A model generated the notes under the pieces. That model was not told the origin of the DNA, made no database searches, and saw only the letters and a program-made list of their open reading frames with translations. A DNA stretch of 64,000 nt from an uncultured Verrucomicrobiae bacterium (lineage in GTDB: Bacteria > Verrucomicrobiota > Verrucomicrobiia > Chthoniobacterales > UBA10450): assembly GCA_963735805.1 (NCBI GenBank), contig CAVTMK010000002.1:896001-960000 (forward strand). Reading direction: 5' to 3'. Numbering within the stretch: position 1 is the first letter of the stretch; the number at the start of each line of letters is the position of its first letter. Of the stretch, positions 30,565-41,342 are shown one piece after another. A program made the translations under genes and the position numbers.

Positions 30565-30660
30565 ATCTAACCAATCGATGAAGCCAGCGGCCCCATTGCG
30601 AAATAAGTTCAGGATGTTTGCCATGACACCCTGTCGTGGCTTATCTCTTTCTCGTTAGAC
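30565..30660 (+). mobile_element. Integron attC site (cassette 1)
   Basis: R'' ATCTAAC, 5-bp spacer, L'' GATGAAGC ... L' GCTTATC (one extrahelical base), R' GTTAGAC; 96 bp. Confidence 0.88.
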
Positions 30661-30667
30661 AGCCGAT

Positions 30668-31051
30668 GTGAAACGCACGTGGACCATCATCGGGGTGAGG
30701 GACGTGCCGCGGAGTTTCAAGTGGTACCAATCGCTGTTTGGACAGTCCGAGACGTCGCCGGGCCATTCTTACTTTGGTCAGCTCGTCGACTCGGACGGCA
30801 CTGTGTTGCTCTGTCTCCATGAGTGGGGCACCCATGAGCATCCCTCCCTGATAAGTCCTGATCACGCGACACCAGGCAATGGGCTTCTCTTGTTCTTTCG
30901 TGTCGACGATTTCGACGCGGCGCTGCAGAGGGCGCGCGGTCTTGTCGCACAGCTCGAAGAAGATCCTCACGTCAACCCCAATACTCGGACCGAGGAGTTC
31001 TCGCTGCGAGACCCAGACGGGTACTACGTCACGATCAGCGCGCTTTCTTAG
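30668..31051 (+). CDS. VOC/glyoxalase family protein, integron gene cassette 2
   Basis: VRDVPRSFKWYQSLFG, FFRVDDFD, EFSLRDPDGY motifs; begins 7 bp after the attC core. Confidence 0.9.
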   Translation: MKRTWTIIGVRDVPRSFKWYQSLFGQSETSPGHSYFGQLVDSDGTVLLCLHEWGTHEHPSLISPDHATPGNGLLLFFRVDDFDAALQRARGLVAQLEEDPHVNPNTRTEEFSLRDPDGYYVTISALS

Positions 31052-31080
31052 CGCGAGCGCGGGACGTCCGTTACGCGACG

Positions 31081-31179
31081 GCCTAACAATCGCTCGCAGC
31101 CAGCGAAGCCGCGCAGCCAAAGTAGGAAATCGCGAGGCAAGCGGCGCCGCTTTCGCGGCTGAACCGTTGCTCGGTGGCA
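31081..31179 (+). mobile_element. Degenerate integron attC site (cassette 2)
   Basis: R'' GCCTAAC, spacer AATCG, L'' CTCGCAGC; GCGAAG../..TTTCGC stem; L' GCTGAAC; R' decayed (GGTGGCA). Confidence 0.65.
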
Positions 31180-31350
31180 GCCGTTTCACCGAATAGGAGT
31201 AAACGCGGTAACTTTGCATCGGGGGCATGTGCCGGCGGTTTCCAACGAAACGGGCTTCGTAAAACGCTTCACGTACTGGCACTCTTTGCATATCCATCGC
31301 ATCGACCGTGTCTCCTGCGAGTGATCGACCTGGTCTAGTGCATTCGACGC

Positions 31351-31676
<326 letters not shown>

Positions 31677-31982
31677 AAGACAGCGTTTTTGCGCCTGTTT
31701 TCAGTGTCTTGCAAAGCGTGGCAGACACGAGGCATTTACAACATTCCGTCTCGCGCTGCGTTGCATAGAATTGCGCTGCTTTACAGAAGAAAAAGATTTA
31801 CGCCGTAGAAAATGGCCATCAATGCGGCTGGTCGATTTCCGACAACGTCCCCACGCGCGCGTGTGTGAACGTAAAGCAGGGGGCTGAAAGTGACAGTAGC
31901 GTTACTCTTGCGCCGCAGCGGTCGCATCTAAATGGTTGTCGAAACTACCGACATGAAAAACCCGATAACAGGAGTTCGATAT

Positions 31983-33212
31983 ATGAAAACATTGCTACGA
32001 ATTAGACGTTCAATTAACCTTCCGTCGTTCCCGAGTGTATTTGTTCTCGTCGCTGTCGGCAGCCTTGCGTTGTCGCCGATGGCGCAAGCTGTCAATCCTG
32101 CCCCCGATGGCGGCTATCCTAACAACAATACCGCGGAGGGTGATAATGCGCTTTTGAACCTCGCCAGTGGCCTCGACAACACCGCTCTTGGTTTTGACGC
32201 GCTCTTTAGCAATACGGCTGGCAACTTCAACACAGCAGTCGGATTTGACGCCCTCTTTCACAACACCACCGGCTTTGAGAACACGGCTGCCGGTGTCAAT
32301 GCCCTTATCAGCAACACCACCGGCAGCTCTAACACGGCCAACGGCGTTGATACACTTCTTTTCAACACCACCGGCTTTCAGAACGCGGCCACCGGCGTGC
32401 AGGCGCTATTTAGCAACACAACCGGATTTCACAACACGGCCGACGGTTTTCAAGCGCTCTTATCCAACACAACGGGTAACCACAACACAGCCGACGGTGA
32501 TAACGCACTCGTTCACAACACAATAGGAATCCTCAACACGGCCATCGGTGCCCATGCGCTCGATCACAACGTAACCGGCAGCTCTAACGTTGCCGTGGGC
32601 TTTCAAGCCGGTTTCAATATCACGGGAAGTGGTAATATCTGTGTCGGCGAGAACATCGTAGGTGTTGCTGGCGAGAGCAATGTCACCCGCATTGGAAACA
32701 TCCGCGCGACAGCACAGGCTAACAGCATTTTTGTTACTGTAGGGACTGGCGGCAAACTTGGCTTCCAAGTCTCCTCGCGGCGCTACAAAGACGACATCAA
32801 ACCTATGGATAGGGCCAGCGAAGAGCTTTTCGCGCTTAAACCGGTTAGCTTCCGCTACAAGCAGGAGATTGATCCTGCACACTCACTTGATTTTGGCCTT
32901 ATTGCCGAGGACGTCGCTAGCGTGAATCCTGATCTGGTGGCGCGCGACGATGAGGGGAAAATTGTTACCGTTCGCTACCAAGCGGTCAACACGATGTTGC
33001 TCAACGAGTTCCTCAAAGAACACAAAAAAGTCGAGGAGCAACAGGCAAGCATTGCGGAGTTGAAGTCAGCGGTGGGGCAACAGAAGAAGGACTTTCAAGC
33101 GACTGCTGTGCACCAGCAAGAGCAAATCGAAGCGCTAACCGCGGGCTTGCAGAAAGTGAGCGCACAGCTTGAAGCGAGCAAACCTGTGCCGGAGGTAGTG
33201 AACAATCCCTAA
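31983..33212 (+). CDS. Secreted repeat protein with Peptidase_S74-like (intramolecular chaperone) domain and coiled coil, 'tail fibre domain' family
   Basis: Signal (AQA|V), PAPDGGYP, about 10 17-aa NTAxGxxALxxNTTG repeats, SSRRYKDDI..LKPVSFRYK..GLIAEDVA motif. Confidence 0.85.
   Translation: MKTLLRIRRSINLPSFPSVFVLVAVGSLALSPMAQAVNPAPDGGYPNNNTAEGDNALLNLASGLDNTALGFDALFSNTAGNFNTAVGFDALFHNTTGFENTAAGVNALISNTTGSSNTANGVDTLLFNTTGFQNAATGVQALFSNTTGFHNTADGFQALLSNTTGNHNTADGDNALVHNTIGILNTAIGAHALDHNVTGSSNVAVGFQAGFNITGSGNICVGENIVGVAGESNVTRIGNIRATAQANSIFVTVGTGGKLGFQVSSRRYKDDIKPMDRASEELFALKPVSFRYKQEIDPAHSLDFGLIAEDVASVNPDLVARDDEGKIVTVRYQAVNTMLLNEFLKEHKKVEEQQASIAELKSAVGQQKKDFQATAVHQQEQIEALTAGLQKVSAQLEASKPVPEVVNNP
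32121..32620 (+). repeat. 51-bp (17-aa) intragenic tandem repeats, about 10 copies
   Basis: Recurring AACACGGC.. / CAACACCACCGG units encoding TTGxxNTAxGxxALxxN. Confidence 0.85.
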
Positions 33213-33267
33213 AGCGGCGTCTGACCACAACAAAGTGACTAGCCCAGCCCCAAACGTTTGGCCGATT

Positions 33268-33627
<360 letters not shown>

Positions 33628-33699
33628 GTCTTCGCACGGACATCGAAGTCACTATGGAATGGGCGCACACGAGTTATCAGAAACGAATAATTTAGTACC

Positions 33700-33885
33700 A
33701 TGAAAGCGTTGTTTTCGATCATTCTCGTCTGCGCCATCTCGATAGGCACGGTTGAGGCTGGACCTGCCAGGACAGCGAAGAACGTGGCAAAGGGTACAGT
33801 GAACACAGCCAAGAATGTCGCGCACAGTGTGGTCAAAGGTACAAGAAGAGCCGTGCACACTGTAGTCTATGCGCTCACGCCATAG
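33700..33885 (+). CDS. Small secreted hypothetical protein
   Basis: Signal peptide (VEA|G) followed by 11-residue amphipathic repeats (TAKNVAKGTVN/TAKNVAHSVVK). Confidence 0.55.
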   Translation: MKALFSIILVCAISIGTVEAGPARTAKNVAKGTVNTAKNVAHSVVKGTRRAVHTVVYALTP

Positions 33886-33925
33886 ACCGGGCGGGCTGTT
33901 CAGCCGTGTCGGCGTCCTCTGAAGC

Positions 33926-36900
33926 TTATTGAGGCGAAACGACGTTCGCGTTTTGGATAAGCGAGTCGAGCTTGTTCAGATCGATCGGCTTCACGAGGTG
34001 ATGCTGAAATCCGGCTTCACGGCCTCTTCGAATATCCTCTTCCATACCGAAACCGGTGAGCGCAATCCCCAGCAACGGCCGCTTGGACTGCAGTGTTCGT
34101 ATCAGATCAATGCCGCTGCCATCAGGCAAGGCTAGATCGCTAACGAGGACGTCGAATTGTTCTTTCAAGCTGAGGTCCAGTGCAGATTGAAGAGTCAATG
34201 CCGAGTGCACATCGTAACCCCGGCGCCGAAGCAGATTCGTAAGTGATCGGTTGGAATCTTCGTGATCTTCTACGAGCAGAATCCGCTTGGTCTGACGTGC
34301 AGGTGCCGAGGACAAAGTAGTCGGTGCAGTTTGGGCTACAGTTTTTTCGCACGTAGGAAAGGCTAGCGTAAAAGTGGCGCCTTTGTTTTGACCGCCGCTT
34401 TGTGCACTGATCGTTCCGTTGTGCGCTTCAACGAGCCTTTTGCTAATTGCCAAACCAAGACCCAGACCTCCAAGCTGGGTTCGCCCGCCTTGTTCGAAAG
34501 CGTCGAAAATTTTCGGCAAAGATTCGGGCTCGATTCCCAATCCGCTGTCCGCGATTTCTACCTGAAATTGTCCGTTAGAATCGTTGCTGGTTGAAATCGA
34601 AATCCAGCCATCCTTGGGTGTAAACTTCACCGCGTTATTTATGAGGTTCCAAAAGATCTGCTGTAATCGGGCTGGATCGGCTTGCAAATGGACTTTTTGT
34701 GCGCCGAGATGGAGGGAGCGAACAAGCTGTTTTCGATCGATTTCTGCCTGGCAGATATCTAAAGCGCTCTCCAGCAGTGTGTGAGCGTCAACGACTTCGA
34801 TATTAAGCTGCACTTTACCGCGATCGATGCGCGTTAGGTCGAGTAAATCGTCGATCAAACGCGCTTCGAGTTCCACATTGCGGCGAATCATTTGCAGCGA
34901 GTCGTGAATTTCCTCGGGTAATTCCGGCTGACTCTCGAGTGCAAGAGCTGACGCCAGCACTGGCGTAAGAGGGGTGCGTAACTCGTGGCTGAGCATTGCC
35001 AGAAATTGGTCCTTGGCGAGGTTCGAACGCGCTTTCTCGGCCAGTTCGAGGTTCGTCTTTTGTAATTCCTCCTGGCGGTTCTGAAGCTCCGTCGCGAGCG
35101 ACTGCGATTGCTTGAGCAGATTTTCCGTCCGCGTATTGGCTTCGATCGTGTTGAGGACGATTCCAATGCTCTCTGTTAACTGGTCGAGAAACGCCTGATG
35201 CGTTGAGTTGAAACGTTCGAGCGACGAAAGTTCCATCACCGCTTTTACTTCTCCTTCGAACAAAACTGGGAGCACCATGATATTCATCGGGCGTGCCGCG
35301 CCCAATGCGGAACTTACCTTTACGTAATCGCCGGGCGCGTCGTTCAATAGCAACCGTTCTTTTTCGAGAGCGGCCTGTCCGATCAGGCTTTCGCCCAGCT
35401 TGAAAGAGGTTTTCACACCGTTCTGTTCGCGGCAGGCGTAGCTTGCCAGCAGCCGGAGTTCAGGCTCTCGCCCCGACGCGTCCATGATATAAAAAACACC
35501 TTGCTGCGCAGGGACTACCGGAGCGAGTTCCGACAAAATCAATTTGGCAACCGTCAACAAATCTCGCTCGCCTTGCAGCATGCGTGTGAACTTTGCGAGA
35601 TTTGTCTTGAGCCAGTCCTGCTCCTCGGTGCGCAAAGTCGTATCTTTTAAGTTGCGGATCATTTCGTTGATGTTGTCCTTAACTGCGGCGACCTCTCCCT
35701 GCGCTTCGACTTGAATCGACCGGGTCAAGTCGCCCTTTGTAACTGCCGTGGCCACATCAGCGATGGCGCGCAACTGCGTTGTCAGGTTTGCCGCCAACCG
35801 GTTCACATTATCTGTTAGATCCCCCCAAGTGCCGGCGGCGCCCGGCACACTGGCCTGGCCGCCAAGCTTTCCTTCTACACCCACCTCTCGGGCGACGGTG
35901 GTGACCTGGTCAGCAAACGTCGCCAGCGTGTCGATCATGTTATTAATCGTGTCCGCCAGTTCGCCAATTTCACCCTTTGCTTCTACAAGGAGTTTCCGGT
36001 TCAGATCTCCCTTTGCCACCGAAGTCACGACTTTTGCAATGCCACGAACTTGATTCGTCAGATTGCGAGCCATGAAGTTCACGCTGTCAGTCAAGTCTTT
36101 CCACGTTCCGGCCACGCCTGTGACCGTCGCTTGTCCTCCCAGTTCGCCTTCCGTACCGACTTCGCGCGCGACTCGCGTGACCTCTGAGGCAAAGGAGTTG
36201 AGCTGGTCCACCATCGTGTTCACAGTGTTTTTCAACTCGAGAATTTCGCCCTTTACATCGACGGTGACTTTTTTCGACAGATCGCCGCGAGCAACTGCCG
36301 TAGTGACCTCTGCGATGTTGCGCACCTGCGCGGTGAGATTCGCAGCCATCGTGTTCACGTTGTTCGTCAGGTCTTTCCAGGTGCCCGCAACGCCCTGCAC
36401 ATCTGCTTGTCCACCGAGTTTTCCTTCGCTGCCAACTTCGCGAGACACACGCGTGACTTCGGATGCAAACAAACGCAGCTGATCGACCATCGTATTGATG
36501 GTGTATTTGAGTTCCAGAATCTCACCGCGAACGTCCACGGTGATTTTCTTCGACAAATCGCCGCTGGCGACAGCCGTGGTGACCTCGGCAATATTGCGCA
36601 CCTGTGCAGTGAGATTCCCCGCCATGAAATTGACGCTCTCTGTCAAATCCTTCCACGTTCCGGCGACGCCTCGCACGTCCGCCTGGCCACCGAGTTTTCC
36701 ATCCGTGCCTACCTCGCGTGCGACCCGGGTTACTTCGGCGGCAAACGAACCGAGTTGATCGACCATTGTATTGACTGTGTTTTTTAATTCGAGGATTTCG
36801 CCTTTTACGTCGACGGTGATTTTCTTGGACAAATCTCCCTTTGCGACAGCTGTGGTCACTGCGGCAATGTTGCGCACTTGTTCGGTCAGGTTGCGCGCCA

Positions 36901-37789
36901 TGAAATTAACCGAATCTGTAAGGTCTTTCCATGTTCCGGACACCCCTTCAACGCGAGCTTCTCCGCCGAGAATTCCCTCAGAACCCACCTCGCGTGCTAC
37001 GCGCGTTACTTCCGAGGCAAACGAACGAAGTTGATCGACCATCACATTGATGGTGTCCTTTAACTCGAGAAACTCGCCCTTAACATCAACCGTGATTTTC
37101 TTGGTCAAATCTCCGGTCGCAACCGCTGTGGTGACGGTGGCGATGTTGCGGACCTGATCGGTCAGATTACCGGCCATCAGGTTAACGTTGTCTGTCAGGT
37201 CTTTCCACGTGCCTGCGACGCCTTTCACTTTGGCCTGTCCGCCCAGTTTGCCTTCCGTGCCTACTTCGCGAGCAACACGAGTAACTTCGGATGCAAAGGC
37301 GCTGAGCTGGTTGACCATCGTGTTTACAATTTTTGCTGTTCGCAAAAAGTCGCCCTCCAGCGTCCGACCTTCGATTTCAGTCGCCATGTTCTGGGATAAA
37401 TCTCCTCGCGCGACAGCCCCGATCACGCGCGCCATTTCGCTCGTAGGTTGCGCCAGATCCTCAACAAGATTGTTGACGGAACCCAATGCCTCGGCCCAAG
37501 CACCGGAGACCTCCCCCAGCGATGCTCTCTGTCTGATTCGGCCTTCCTTCCCGACTACACGGCTGATGCGCGCCAACTCCGTCGTGAGGCGCTGATTGAT
37601 CCGGATCACATCGTTGAAAGTGTCCGCGATCTTCCCAGCCACACCTATCCAGTGGTCGGGCAGGTGAGCGGAAAAGTCTCCGCACCTCAATGCCACCAGG
37701 GCTGCCAGTAGTTGTTTGGTGTCGAGCTGGTCGCCGTCAACGCGCGATCCATTTGCCCGTCGCGTTCTGGGAGTGGAAGGATTTTTCAT
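33926..37789 (-). CDS. Cytoplasmic poly-HAMP / GAF hybrid histidine kinase with one receiver domain
   Basis: About 7 92-aa units ([28 protein letters not shown]), GAF, SHELRTP H-box, [16 protein letters not shown]-terminal REC (LLVED..SD..KP). Confidence 0.93.
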   Translation of the reverse strand: MKNPSTPRTRRANGSRVDGDQLDTKQLLAALVALRCGDFSAHLPDHWIGVAGKIADTFNDVIRINQRLTTELARISRVVGKEGRIRQRASLGEVSGAWAEALGSVNNLVEDLAQPTSEMARVIGAVARGDLSQNMATEIEGRTLEGDFLRTAKIVNTMVNQLSAFASEVTRVAREVGTEGKLGGQAKVKGVAGTWKDLTDNVNLMAGNLTDQVRNIATVTTAVATGDLTKKITVDVKGEFLELKDTINVMVDQLRSFASEVTRVAREVGSEGILGGEARVEGVSGTWKDLTDSVNFMARNLTEQVRNIAAVTTAVAKGDLSKKITVDVKGEILELKNTVNTMVDQLGSFAAEVTRVAREVGTDGKLGGQADVRGVAGTWKDLTESVNFMAGNLTAQVRNIAEVTTAVASGDLSKKITVDVRGEILELKYTINTMVDQLRLFASEVTRVSREVGSEGKLGGQADVQGVAGTWKDLTNNVNTMAANLTAQVRNIAEVTTAVARGDLSKKVTVDVKGEILELKNTVNTMVDQLNSFASEVTRVAREVGTEGELGGQATVTGVAGTWKDLTDSVNFMARNLTNQVRGIAKVVTSVAKGDLNRKLLVEAKGEIGELADTINNMIDTLATFADQVTTVAREVGVEGKLGGQASVPGAAGTWGDLTDNVNRLAANLTTQLRAIADVATAVTKGDLTRSIQVEAQGEVAAVKDNINEMIRNLKDTTLRTEEQDWLKTNLAKFTRMLQGERDLLTVAKLILSELAPVVPAQQGVFYIMDASGREPELRLLASYACREQNGVKTSFKLGESLIGQAALEKERLLLNDAPGDYVKVSSALGAARPMNIMVLPVLFEGEVKAVMELSSLERFNSTHQAFLDQLTESIGIVLNTIEANTRTENLLKQSQSLATELQNRQEELQKTNLELAEKARSNLAKDQFLAMLSHELRTPLTPVLASALALESQPELPEEIHDSLQMIRRNVELEARLIDDLLDLTRIDRGKVQLNIEVVDAHTLLESALDICQAEIDRKQLVRSLHLGAQKVHLQADPARLQQIFWNLINNAVKFTPKDGWISISTSNDSNGQFQVEIADSGLGIEPESLPKIFDAFEQGGRTQLGGLGLGLAISKRLVEAHNGTISAQSGGQNKGATFTLAFPTCEKTVAQTAPTTLSSAPARQTKRILLVEDHEDSNRSLTNLLRRRGYDVHSALTLQSALDLSLKEQFDVLVSDLALPDGSGIDLIRTLQSKRPLLGIALTGFGMEEDIRRGREAGFQHHLVKPIDLNKLDSLIQNANVVSPQ
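35655..37595 (-). repeat. 276-bp (92-aa) poly-HAMP tandem repeats
   Basis: Six well-conserved units plus one diverged unit visible in the translation. Confidence 0.9.
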
Positions 37790-37973
37790 AGGTAATTAGC
37801 AAGCGGGGGACTCCCCTCTGCAGGAATTCGACGCATAAAATTGGAGGACTCATGTTCCAGCGCCGCAGTTTAATCGTCGTGCGAGCCTCCGGAGGTCGTA
37901 TGACTTGTATGGCACGCGAGGACCGCGCTTCTTCGCGTCCGCCGATGGGTCTTCCTCAGGCTGTGAGCTGAAG

Positions 37974-38516
37974 CTATACAGCTCGCAGTGTTTTTAGACG
38001 AAAACCAAAAAAGATTGCGAGGATGCCGAGTACAACCGCGTACCATGCGATCAGCCAAATCACTGCGGCAGCGCCAGCGACGGGATTCCACAGAAGCAAC
38101 ACGGCGAAAACGATTGATGCGAGCCCCATCAGAATCAGCAACCATTCGCCCTTTATTTCGTGGCGCAGTTTGACTGCCATCACAATTTCAGACGCACCAA
38201 TCATAAGCGCCCAGGCCGCGATATAAATAACCAGGGCCAGCGCCGTGATCTGGGGGGCATGGAAGGTAAGGAATCCTACGATAATCCCAATAAGTCCGAT
38301 AACGAGCTGCCAAGCCCAATCGGGGTCGGAGCCGCGATGTTTAATCGCGCCGAATATACGAAATATGCCATCGATCAGCACCCACGCTCCAAAAAACAGC
38401 ACGAGTGTTGCGATAGCCATGACGGGATGCGTGAACGCGATCACGCCAAAAACAATTGCAGCGATACCCCTTATCACTGGGACCCACCAATGACGCTTTA
38501 AGGTTTCGATCATCAT
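37974..38516 (-). CDS. HdeD/DUF308 family membrane protein
   Basis: WW...RGIAAIVFG..A...P; repeated two-helix hydrophobic pattern. Confidence 0.85.
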   Translation of the reverse strand: MMIETLKRHWWVPVIRGIAAIVFGVIAFTHPVMAIATLVLFFGAWVLIDGIFRIFGAIKHRGSDPDWAWQLVIGLIGIIVGFLTFHAPQITALALVIYIAAWALMIGASEIVMAVKLRHEIKGEWLLILMGLASIVFAVLLLWNPVAGAAAVIWLIAWYAVVLGILAIFFGFRLKTLRAV

Positions 38517-38638
38517 CGCTTCGTTTTAGGGACCGGCCTGTATGAAGGCAAGCACCATTTGCGGCAGTCTTTCGCGAGCGTTCTCACTTGCCGTGATGAC
38601 TCAACGCAACCCGTTGGATCTGGCGATGCTTGCTCCGA

Positions 38639-39430
38639 TCACAAACCGCACTTTGCGCTGGCTTCCGTAATGCTGGAGCGAGTTCGAAGGAGAGATGCCA
38701 AATATGCGTCTACGAATGGGGCGCTGTTGATCCGCGCGAGATTGGCAGGAGTCTGAAGACGGGAGAAAATTGCGTAGGCGATTTTGCTTCGCGGAACACT
38801 CTTTTCACCGTAGCCAGACGGAACATTACTCGACCAGTAACGCACGTATTGGCCGTTCGGGTGATTCTCTATGCCGAGGAAAATCGTGGAGTGTCCGTGC
38901 TCGTTTCTGCCAATCTGGCGGGACCAGAAAATTTTCATGAAATCACCGGGCTTCGCCTGGTCGAAATTATCGAAATTTCGTCCAAGCTGCAGCTCATGAA
39001 AAAGGCGGGCGGTGCCCGGGCCATTTGCATTCCAACGACCCCAGATGCCTTCGCCGTCATGTTGATCGCGGATGATTAATCGTTCTAACGTGGAATAATC
39101 GAGCTGTAGTTGACCACGCGCGCGCAAAGCCTCGATTGTCCTGATGAATACCAGGTACGTTGCCCCGGAGCAGAAACTCGGCGAGGCCTGCGAAGGGAGA
39201 ATGAAAAATTTGCCGGACTCGAAGTGTGCCGAAGATTGGAGACGGATCTTTGCAACATGCGACACGGAATAATGGCCGCCCTGAGGCATCTGTTTGATCT
39301 GTTCTAGGACCAGGCTGTTGTAATCGCCCGCGAACGACATGTGCGCTGTGAGTCCAAGAACCGCAGTAAAAACCCAGGTGGCCAGTCCCTTCACGGCGGA
39401 ATAAGTAATCATCAAAATCCGATCTGGCAA
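38639..39430 (-). CDS. Hypothetical exported protein
   Basis: 263-aa ORF with signal-like segment; FCSGATY and GHSTIFLG motifs. Confidence 0.65.
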   Translation of the reverse strand: MPDRILMITYSAVKGLATWVFTAVLGLTAHMSFAGDYNSLVLEQIKQMPQGGHYSVSHVAKIRLQSSAHFESGKFFILPSQASPSFCSGATYLVFIRTIEALRARGQLQLDYSTLERLIIRDQHDGEGIWGRWNANGPGTARLFHELQLGRNFDNFDQAKPGDFMKIFWSRQIGRNEHGHSTIFLGIENHPNGQYVRYWSSNVPSGYGEKSVPRSKIAYAIFSRLQTPANLARINSAPFVDAYLASLLRTRSSITEASAKCGL

Positions 39431-39515
39431 TGGCGCAGGCTCGACATGACAACTTCAGAGCGGCCGCGACGATGGTGGTGTTGGCTTTGCCAGCGGACGT
39501 ATGCTAAACGGGAAT

Positions 39516-40319
39516 ATGCTGCGTTTCATAAAGATGAATGGCGCGGGAAACGATTTCATCCTGATCGATAACCGAGCGGGAAACGTCCATCTAAAGCGGA
39601 GCCAGATCGCTCATCTATGTGATCGGCATCGTGGTGTCGGCGCGGATGGAATTTTATTGCTCGAAAATCCATCGAACCATGCCGATTTTCGAATGCGCTA
39701 CTTTAATGCCGATGGAGGAGAAGCGGAAATGTGCGGAAACGGGGCGCGGTGCTTTGCGCGTTTTGCGAACAAACTGGCCGGGGCGGAAGGCAAAATTTCC
39801 TTTGAAACGCCAGCCGGCGTCATTTCGGCGGAGTTAACCGGAAATCTCGTGACTCTGCAAATGACCGAACCTGCCGATTTGCGAGTGAGCGTTCCGCTTC
39901 AAATTGGGGCTGAGAAAAAGATCGTTCATTTCATAAATAGCGGCGTGCCGCATGTAGTCGTTCCGGTCGCAAAAGCCGGCGATGTGGATGTGCCACGAGA
40001 AGGCTCAGCTATTCGGCATCACGAAATGTTTTCGCCAAAGGGCGCAAACGTGAACTTCATTGAAAAACGCGGAGCCGATGAGATCGCGGTTCGTACCTAT
40101 GAGCGAGGGGTGGAAGATGAGACCCTGGCATGTGGCACCGGCGTGGTGGCAAGCGCACTCATCTTTGCCGCTACTGAAAACGTGAAGGGCCCGATCACTG
40201 TTTTTGCGCGTGGCGGTGACGAACTGCGCGTTGGGTTTGAAAGGATCGACAAGCAGTTTCGGAATGTTACACTCACCGGCCCAGCCGAGTTTGTATTTGA
40301 AGGCACGATCGAGATTTAG
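39516..40319 (+). CDS. dapF: Diaminopimelate epimerase
   Basis: KMNGAGNDF, EMCGNGARC, ERGVEDETLACGTG. Confidence 0.97.
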   Translation: MLRFIKMNGAGNDFILIDNRAGNVHLKRSQIAHLCDRHRGVGADGILLLENPSNHADFRMRYFNADGGEAEMCGNGARCFARFANKLAGAEGKISFETPAGVISAELTGNLVTLQMTEPADLRVSVPLQIGAEKKIVHFINSGVPHVVVPVAKAGDVDVPREGSAIRHHEMFSPKGANVNFIEKRGADEIAVRTYERGVEDETLACGTGVVASALIFAATENVKGPITVFARGGDELRVGFERIDKQFRNVTLTGPAEFVFEGTIEI

Positions 40320-40339
40320 AGGCCGTAACCGTGGGCCTG

Positions 40340-40417
40340 TGTCATTCCGAGCGCAGTCGAGGAATCTCTAATTAATCTGAAGTAGTCCGAGATGTCTCGA
40401 CTTCGTTCGACATGACA
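40340..40417. repeat. REP-like inverted-repeat doublet between dapF and dapA
   Basis: TGTCATTCCGAGCGCAGTCGAGGAATCTC ... GAGATGTCTCGACTTCGTTCGACATGACA; a single arm recurs at 61101..61129. Confidence 0.8.
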
Positions 40418-40463
40418 ATTGACTGAGCCATTTTAAGTTCGTAACGCTTCTAACCTTTAACAC

Positions 40464-41342
40464 ATGTTTCGCGGCACGTTCACGGCGGTAGTCACACCAT
40501 TTCGCAACGGCGCGATTGATTTTGCTGCTTTCGAGAAGCTGATTGAAAGCCAAATCGCTGCGGGGATCAGCGGAGTTGTTGCTGTTGGGACAACAGGCGA
40601 ATCGCCCACTCTGTCGCACGAGGAACGCCAGGAATTAATCCGAGCTACGGTTGCAACCGCGAAAAAACGTTGTCAGGTCCTCGCCGGCACAGGTTCCAAC
40701 GCCACGCAGCACGCGGTAGCCGATACAAAGAGGGCCGAGAAACTCGGCGTGAACGGTGCACTCCTTGTTGCACCGTATTACAACAAACCGAGCCAGGAAG
40801 GTTTGTTTCGCCATTTCAAGGCGATTGCGGACGCCACGTCGTTACCCATCCTGCTCTACAACATCCCGAGCCGCTGCGGAGTGGATATTGCGCCCGATAC
40901 GGTAACGCGCCTGGCGAAGGCGTGCGAGAATATCGTTTCGATCAAGGAGGCCAGTGGGAGCGTCGAGCGCATCAGTGAGTTGCGCGCCCGTTTGCCTGAG
41001 TCGTTTACAATTTTAAGCGGCGACGATTCATTGACTCTGCCGTTCATGTCCGTTGGGGCAGTTGGGGTAGTCAGCGTCGCTTCAAATTTGTTTCCGGCTG
41101 AAGTTTGTGCGCTTGTTCGGGCCTATGGAAGCGGAGATGCGAAGCTGGCCTTCGACCTGCATCGTAAGATGTTGCCACTTTTCAAGGATCTGTTCATTGA
41201 ACCGAATCCCGTGCCGATAAAAACAGCGCTTGGCTGGCGCGGTGCGATGTCCGGCGAAGTGCGTCTGCCGTTATGTGAGATGAGTGAAGCAAATCAAGCG
41301 CGTTTACGCAAAACGCTTGAGGCTTTCGAACGGGGCGAATGA
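40464..41342 (+). CDS. dapA: 4-hydroxy-tetrahydrodipicolinate synthase
   Basis: GTTGES, PYYNKP, YNIPSR, IKEASG, LSGDD. Confidence 0.97.
   Translation: MFRGTFTAVVTPFRNGAIDFAAFEKLIESQIAAGISGVVAVGTTGESPTLSHEERQELIRATVATAKKRCQVLAGTGSNATQHAVADTKRAEKLGVNGALLVAPYYNKPSQEGLFRHFKAIADATSLPILLYNIPSRCGVDIAPDTVTRLAKACENIVSIKEASGSVERISELRARLPESFTILSGDDSLTLPFMSVGAVGVVSVASNLFPAEVCALVRAYGSGDAKLAFDLHRKMLPLFKDLFIEPNPVPIKTALGWRGAMSGEVRLPLCEMSEANQARLRKTLEAFERGE

Noticed and set aside
32121..32620. CRISPR array or DGR template suggested by periodic repeats
   Set aside because: Repeats are in-frame 51-bp coding units with synonymous variation; no unique spacers, cas genes or reverse transcriptase.
35748..37711. 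Repeated plus-strand ORFs opposite the kinase
   Set aside because: Antisense shadows of the 276-bp HAMP repeats.
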